A stretch of 32,000 bases of DNA from Pseudoalteromonas tetraodonis (lineage in GTDB: Bacteria > Pseudomonadota > Gammaproteobacteria > Enterobacterales > Alteromonadaceae). The translations under genes were made by a program, and so were the position numbers. The notes beneath the pieces were generated by a model, which did no database searches, was not told the DNA's origin, and saw only the letters and a list, made by a program, of their open reading frames with translations. Below, in pieces: positions 27,717-32,000 of this stretch (positions are counted from its first letter, which is position 1; every line of letters starts with the position of its first letter). The stretch lies in contig NZ_CP011041.1 of the NCBI RefSeq assembly GCF_002310835.1, positions 1,380,001-1,412,000 on the forward strand, written 5' to 3'.

Positions 27717-28757
27717 ATGCTGACCAATCTAACCATAGCGTTAGATATGATGGGGGGCGATTATGGCCCCCGTTCATCTATCCCCGCAGCCGTTTCCGCG
27801 GTAAATGCTAATGCCAACTTAAAACTGATTTTATGTGGCAACGAGCAAGTAATAGCTAAACAATTAGAATCACTCGATTCACTTTCTCATCCCAGATTAA
27901 TAATTCGCCATTGTAATGACGTTGTCACCAATGCTTGCGAACCCGCTGTTGCTATACGCTCAAAAAAAGATTCCTCAATGCGTGTTGCCCTTGATTTAGT
28001 TAAATCGGGTGAAGCGCAAGCCTGTGTTAGCTCTGGCAATACTGGGGCGCTATTTTTTATGGCGCATTACGTATTAAAAATGCTTCCAGGAGTGAAACGT
28101 CCCGCACTCATATCGGCTGTACCCACTGAACGAAAAAATCCTGTTTACTTACTCGATTTAGGTGCCAACGTACACTGTGATGCGCAAATGCTGTATCAGT
28201 TTGGCATTATGGGTTCGGTAGTGGCAGGACAAGCACTCGGGTGTGATAACCCAAAAGTCAGTTTATTAAATATTGGCGCCGAAGACATCAAAGGTCACGA
28301 CGAAATTAAGCAAGCCGCGCAGTTAATGCAACAAAGCGAGCTGATTAATTATATTGGCTACAGCGAAGGTAGCGATATTTTTTCTGGCAAAGCCGATGTT
28401 ATCGTCTGTGAAGGGTTTGTCGGTAACGTTGCACTTAAAACCTGCGAAGGTATTGCCAAACTTATCATGAAAAAGTTCACCCGTGCCCTCGAAAAACACG
28501 TTGTTTATAAGTGCATGGCGTTTATGTTGGCGCCAATCATAAAAAAACTCTATAAAAGAGTGAACCCCGACCAGTATAACGGCGCTTCTCTGGTAGGATT
28601 GCGCGGTATTGTTGTTAAAAGCCATGGAAATGCCTCAGCTAAAGCATTTCATGCCGCAATCGACGAAGCAGTGAAAGAAGTAGAACGTCAACTTCCGGAT
28701 AAAATTGCTGCTATCTTCGAAAAAACACATTCTAAAGACACGGTGGCCAATCAGTAA
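27717..28757 (+). CDS. plsX: Phosphate acyltransferase PlsX
   Basis: 346 aa. The N-terminus [14 protein letters not shown] matches E. coli LTLALDVMGGDFGP. It also has VSSGNTGA and [11 protein letters not shown]. Confidence 0.95.
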   Translation: MLTNLTIALDMMGGDYGPRSSIPAAVSAVNANANLKLILCGNEQVIAKQLESLDSLSHPRLIIRHCNDVVTNACEPAVAIRSKKDSSMRVALDLVKSGEAQACVSSGNTGALFFMAHYVLKMLPGVKRPALISAVPTERKNPVYLLDLGANVHCDAQMLYQFGIMGSVVAGQALGCDNPKVSLLNIGAEDIKGHDEIKQAAQLMQQSELINYIGYSEGSDIFSGKADVIVCEGFVGNVALKTCEGIAKLIMKKFTRALEKHVVYKCMAFMLAPIIKKLYKRVNPDQYNGASLVGLRGIVVKSHGNASAKAFHAAIDEAVKEVERQLPDKIAAIFEKTHSKDTVANQ

Positions 28758-28810
28758 ATTGATGTGCCGTGTTATACATTATTTATTTTGTTTAATTAAA
28801 AGAGCAAACT

Positions 28811-29737
28811 ATGGCACAAAAAATTGCACTTCTTTTTCCAGGTCAAGGCTCGCAAACTGTGGGTATGTTAAACGAGCTACTTGAAAGCTCAGACATAGTA
28901 AAAGCCACATTTGCAGAAGCATCAACCGCACTAGGATACGACCTAGCAGATCTCGTTCTTAACGGTCCAGAAGAAAAACTAAATCAAACTCACCGTACTC
29001 AACCTGCTTTATTAACAGCAAGCGTTGCTATTTACCGTCATTGGTTAGCAGCAAATCCAGATGCAGACGTTGTCATGGCAGGTCACAGCCTAGGCGAATA
29101 CTCAGCACTAGTATGTAGCGATGTGATCAGCCTAAGTGAAGCCGTAAAACTGGTTGAAAACCGTGGTTTATACATGCAAGAAGCCGTCCCTGCGGGTGTG
29201 GGTTCTATGGCCGCTATTATTGGTTTAGGTGATGACGAAATTAAAGCGGCATGTGAAGCGTCTGCACAAGGTGAGGTTGTTTCACCGGTTAATTACAACT
29301 CGCCAGGCCAAGTGGTTATTGCCGGTCATAAAGATGCAGTAGATAGAGCATCAGTAGCTTGTAAAGAAGCCGGCGCAAAACGTGCGCTACCATTATCGGT
29401 CAGCGTACCGTCGCATTGTGAACTTATGAAACCTGCGGCTGAAAAATTAGCCGCCGATTTAGCGGCTTTAATATTTAATTCACCTAAGTGTGATGTAATT
29501 AATAATGTTGATGTAAAAGCTGAAGGTTCAGCCGATGCAATTAAAGACGCATTAGTACGTCAGTTATACAGCCCAGTTCGTTGGACTGAAACAGTGCAAG
29601 CATTAGTTGCACAAGGCGTAACGCAAAGTTATGAATTTGGCCCTGGTAAAGTATTAACAGGACTTGCAAAACGCATTGATAAAGCGATGGTGTGTGGCTC
29701 AGTTAACGACCTTGCATCAATCGATACAGCTAAATAA
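28811..29737 (+). CDS. fabD: Malonyl-CoA:ACP transacylase
   Basis: 308 aa with FPGQGSQTVGML, the active-site motif GHSLGEYSAL, and VSVPSHC. Confidence 0.96.
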   Translation: MAQKIALLFPGQGSQTVGMLNELLESSDIVKATFAEASTALGYDLADLVLNGPEEKLNQTHRTQPALLTASVAIYRHWLAANPDADVVMAGHSLGEYSALVCSDVISLSEAVKLVENRGLYMQEAVPAGVGSMAAIIGLGDDEIKAACEASAQGEVVSPVNYNSPGQVVIAGHKDAVDRASVACKEAGAKRALPLSVSVPSHCELMKPAAEKLAADLAALIFNSPKCDVINNVDVKAEGSADAIKDALVRQLYSPVRWTETVQALVAQGVTQSYEFGPGKVLTGLAKRIDKAMVCGSVNDLASIDTAK

Positions 29738-29748
29738 GAGTATATAAT

Positions 29749-30495
29749 ATGAGTAATTTATTTTCTTTAGATGGCAAAGTTGTCCTGATCACCGGCGCTA
29801 GCCGTGGTATTGGTAAAGCGATTGCAAACACCTTAGTGGCACAAGGCGCAAAGGTAGCGGGCACAGCGACAAGCGAGTCAGGTGCGGCTAAAATTAGCGA
29901 ATACTTAGGTGATAACGGTAAGGGTTATGCGCTTAACGTCACCGATCCTGCGTCAATTGAGGCAACATTAGCGGCAATTAAAGCCGATTTAGGTGATATT
30001 GATGTTTTAGTGAATAATGCCGGTATTACGCGCGATAATTTATTAATGCGCATGAAAGAGAGTGAGTGGGACGATATTATCGACACCAACTTAAGCTCTA
30101 TTTTCCGTTTATCTAAAGCGGTACTTCGCCCAATGATGAAGAAAAAGAACGGCCGTATTATCAATATTGGCTCAGTAGTGGGCACTATGGGTAACGCTGG
30201 CCAAGCGAACTACGCGGCCGCTAAAGCGGGTGTTATCGGTTTTTCTAAATCATTAGCGCGTGAAGTTGCTTCTCGTGGTATTACTGTTAACGTGGTTGCA
30301 CCGGGATTCATCCAAACAGACATGACGGATGATTTGACAGATGAGCAAAAAGCAGCAACGCTTGCAAACGTACCTGCGGGTCGTTTAGGCCAGCCAGATG
30401 AGATTGCAGCAGCTGTGTGTTATTTAGCATCTGACGCCGCTGCGTACGTATCAGGTGAAACTTTGCATGTAAATGGTGCGATGTACATGGTTTAG
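29749..30495 (+). CDS. fabG: 3-oxoacyl-ACP reductase
   Basis: 248 aa SDR with TGASRGIGKAIA, NNAGITRD, and the catalytic Y/K context NYAAAKAGVIGFSKSLA. Confidence 0.96.
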   Translation: MSNLFSLDGKVVLITGASRGIGKAIANTLVAQGAKVAGTATSESGAAKISEYLGDNGKGYALNVTDPASIEATLAAIKADLGDIDVLVNNAGITRDNLLMRMKESEWDDIIDTNLSSIFRLSKAVLRPMMKKKNGRIINIGSVVGTMGNAGQANYAAAKAGVIGFSKSLAREVASRGITVNVVAPGFIQTDMTDDLTDEQKAATLANVPAGRLGQPDEIAAAVCYLASDAAAYVSGETLHVNGAMYMV

Positions 30496-30745
30496 CTTCG
30501 CAATGCGAAATAGTTAAACCACAAATTACCAATGAGTTTGCTAAAAAATATTGAATTTTTCGCAAACTTGCTTTAAACATACTTGAAATCGCTGTGAAAA
30601 TAAGCGATAAAAGATAAAATAAACACTCAAGAGGTTTGACCAGCAAATTATTTATGGTCAAAAGATTGAATCAGAGAATTATCGGACGTAAACTACGCCG
30701 CAATCTGAAAATAACGCATTGGCGTTTTTAATAAAGGAAAGAAGA

Positions 30746-30982
30746 ATGAGCGATATCCAAGAACGCGTAAAGAAAATTATCATCGAACAGCTAGGTGTTA
30801 AAGAAGAAGAAGTTAAAAACGAAGCTTCATTCGTTGATGACCTAGGTGCAGACTCTCTTGATACTGTTGAATTAGTAATGGCTCTTGAAGAAGAGTTCGA
30901 CACTGAGATCCCAGATGAAGAAGCTGAAAAGATCACTACAGTACAATCTGCAATCGATTACGTTACAGCTCACGCTGAGTAA
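30746..30982 (+). CDS. acpP: Acyl carrier protein
   Basis: From ATG 30746 it reads [73 protein letters not shown]. It is near-identical to E. coli AcpP and includes the DSLD phosphopantetheine attachment site. An AAGGAAAG Shine-Dalgarno lies upstream. Confidence 0.97.
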   Translation: MSDIQERVKKIIIEQLGVKEEEVKNEASFVDDLGADSLDTVELVMALEEEFDTEIPDEEAEKITTVQSAIDYVTAHAE

Positions 30983-30998
30983 TTAATCGCAAATTAAG

Positions 30999-31017
30999 GG
31001 CAGCATCCGCTGCCTTT
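30999..31017 (+). terminator. Weak hairpin after acpP, a possible attenuator
   Basis: GGCAGC / ATCC / GCTGCC followed by TTT only. It could permit partial read-through into fabF. Confidence 0.35.
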
Positions 31018-31181
31018 AATCTTTATATCCAAACCACCTCAAAGTACATGATTCAATTCCAAACCCTCACCTATCATCAGCAATTAAGTTGTTATTGCTC
31101 AGCGTTGGTTATTGGTTTGAGACTCGCACTTTGAGGTAGCTTGGGTATGATCATCCCCAATACTAATAACATAACTAGCAA

Positions 31182-31195
31182 CAGCGTTAACGCTG
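31182..31195. promoter_or_regulatory. Perfect 14-bp palindrome CAGCGTTAACGCTG, a candidate operator upstream of fabF
   Basis: Read directly; the sequence is its own reverse complement. It is centred about 32 bp upstream of the extended -10 at 31218-31226. Confidence 0.3.
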
Positions 31196-31217
31196 AAATA
31201 AACTGAGCTAAGTTAAT

Positions 31218-31226
31218 TGGTATAAT
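31218..31226 (+). promoter_or_regulatory. Extended -10 promoter element (TGGTATAAT) for fabF
   Basis: TGnTATAAT consensus match, 26 nt upstream of the fabF GTG. A GGAGG Shine-Dalgarno at 31241-31245 follows. Confidence 0.4.
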
Positions 31227-31251
31227 AATAATTCCTTATTGGAGGCAAACC

Positions 31252-32000
31252 GTGGCTAAACGTCGTGTCGTCGTAACTGGCTTAGGAATGTTGACGCCGC
31301 TAGGCAATGATGTGCAATCAACCTGGCAAGGCTTATTAGATGGTAAAAGTGGTATTCAAAATATTACCCACTTTGATACATCAAAATTTGGTACTCACTT
31401 CGCTGGTTTAATCAATGATTTTGATGCATCGGCTTATATGTCGCCAAAAGATGCTAAAAAAATGGATTTATTTATCCAGTATGGCATTGCAGCGGGTGTT
31501 CAAGCTTTTCAAGATTCAGGCCTCGAAGTAACAGAGCAAAACGCAACCCGTATTGGTGTAGCGGTAGGTTCAGGCATTGGTGGCTTAACCCTAATCGAAG
31601 AAAACCACATTAAATTACTAAACAGCGGTCCACGAAAGTTATCGCCGTTTTATGTACCGTCTACCATTATTAATATGATCTCGGGTCACTTATCAATAAT
31701 GCACGGTTTGCGTGGTCCTAATATTTCAATTGTAACCGCATGTACCACAGGTCTGCATAATATTGGCCATGCAGCGCGAATGATTGCCTACGGCGATGCC
31801 GATGCAATGGTTGCTGGTGGCGCAGAAAAAGCGTGTACGCCAATTGGTATGGGTGGCTTTAATGCCGCACGTGCGCTTTCAACGCGTAACGACGATCCAC
31901 AAGCAGCGTCGCGTCCGTGGGATAAAGACCGTGATGGCTTTGTGCTTTCTGATGGCGCTGGTGTGGTGGTTGTTGAAGAATACGAACACGCTAAAGCACG
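31252..32000 (+). CDS. fabF: 3-oxoacyl-ACP synthase II (partial; continues beyond the window)
   Basis: It is absent from the ORF track because there is no stop inside the window. From the GTG start at 31252 it reads (M)[34 protein letters not shown]...ITACTTG, against E. coli Fab[25 protein letters not shown] lies 6 nt upstream. Confidence 0.93.
   Translation, partial: MAKRRVVVTGLGMLTPLGNDVQSTWQGLLDGKSGIQNITHFDTSKFGTHFAGLINDFDASAYMSPKDAKKMDLFIQYGIAAGVQAFQDSGLEVTEQNATRIGVAVGSGIGGLTLIEENHIKLLNSGPRKLSPFYVPSTIINMISGHLSIMHGLRGPNISIVTACTTGLHNIGHAARMIAYGDADAMVAGGAEKACTPIGMGGFNAARALSTRNDDPQAASRPWDKDRDGFVLSDGAGVVVVEEYEHAKA

Noticed and set aside
30633-30660. TTTGACCA-N12-TGGTCAAA inverted repeat upstream of acpP as a FadR box
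   Set aside because: FadR sites have TGGTC-N-GACCA half-sites facing the other way with about 1-3 nt between them. Here the orientation is reversed and the spacing is 12 nt. It could still be a different operator or an RNA hairpin, but I cannot support a call.
8424-31000. Other nested ORFs from the track: 8424-8618, 9063-9257, 10101-10379, 12030-12218, 14679-14999, 17402-17825 (three ORFs), 21415-21690. Also 21572-21808, 21975-22403, 22006-22197, 23242-23442, 24780-24983, 28323-28625, 29925-30185, 30308-30661, 30679-30936
   Set aside because: Each overlaps a well-supported conserved gene (sigma/FecR, receptor, aceK, yejM, rne, rluC, plsX, fabG, acpP). None has a recognisable domain or a convincing ribosome-binding site.

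Overview
This window looks like chromosomal DNA from a marine gammaproteobacterium. Gene content, synteny and AT-rich codon usage suggest Alteromonadales, probably Pseudoalteromonas, but that is a guess from memory with no search run. Most of it is conserved housekeeping sequence. Left to right: a possibly truncated hypothetical ORF, a small lipoprotein, a CsiV-like protein translationally coupled to mfd, and aguB-aguA (agmatine to putrescine). Next come a PilZ-like protein, an ECF sigma / FecR / STN-TonB-dependent receptor signalling module, a PA2169-type four-helix-bundle protein, a LysR regulator and a stand-alone aceK. Then a secreted coiled-coil protein, the yejM-yejL / yejK cluster, an 840-bp gene-free repeat mosaic, and rne. 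The right end carries rluC, a HAD hydrolase, yceF(maf), and yceD-rpmF-plsX-fabD-fabG-acpP-fabF, with fabF running off the window. I saw no tRNA or rRNA genes, CRISPR arrays, transposases or integrases. The strongest observation is that rne is split by a single in-frame TAA at 21503-21505. The same frame stays open for another 262 codons through a 16 x 18-bp (EEPVKA) tandem repeat to a C-terminus resembling the RNase E PNPase-docking end. The ORF track hides this because it only reports a 173-aa fragment. Other items worth a second look: the repeat mosaic between yejK and rne (two ~180-bp direct repeats, GC-rich hairpin modules, an (AACCTTT)7-8 microsatellite). Also the TonB-dependent transducer with a second, internal signal-peptide-like segment, the absence of fabH between plsX and fabD, and a long structured acpP-fabF spacer with a perfect palindrome beside an extended -10. 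All protein calls rest on my recollection of family sequences and E. coli orthologues, not on database searches.
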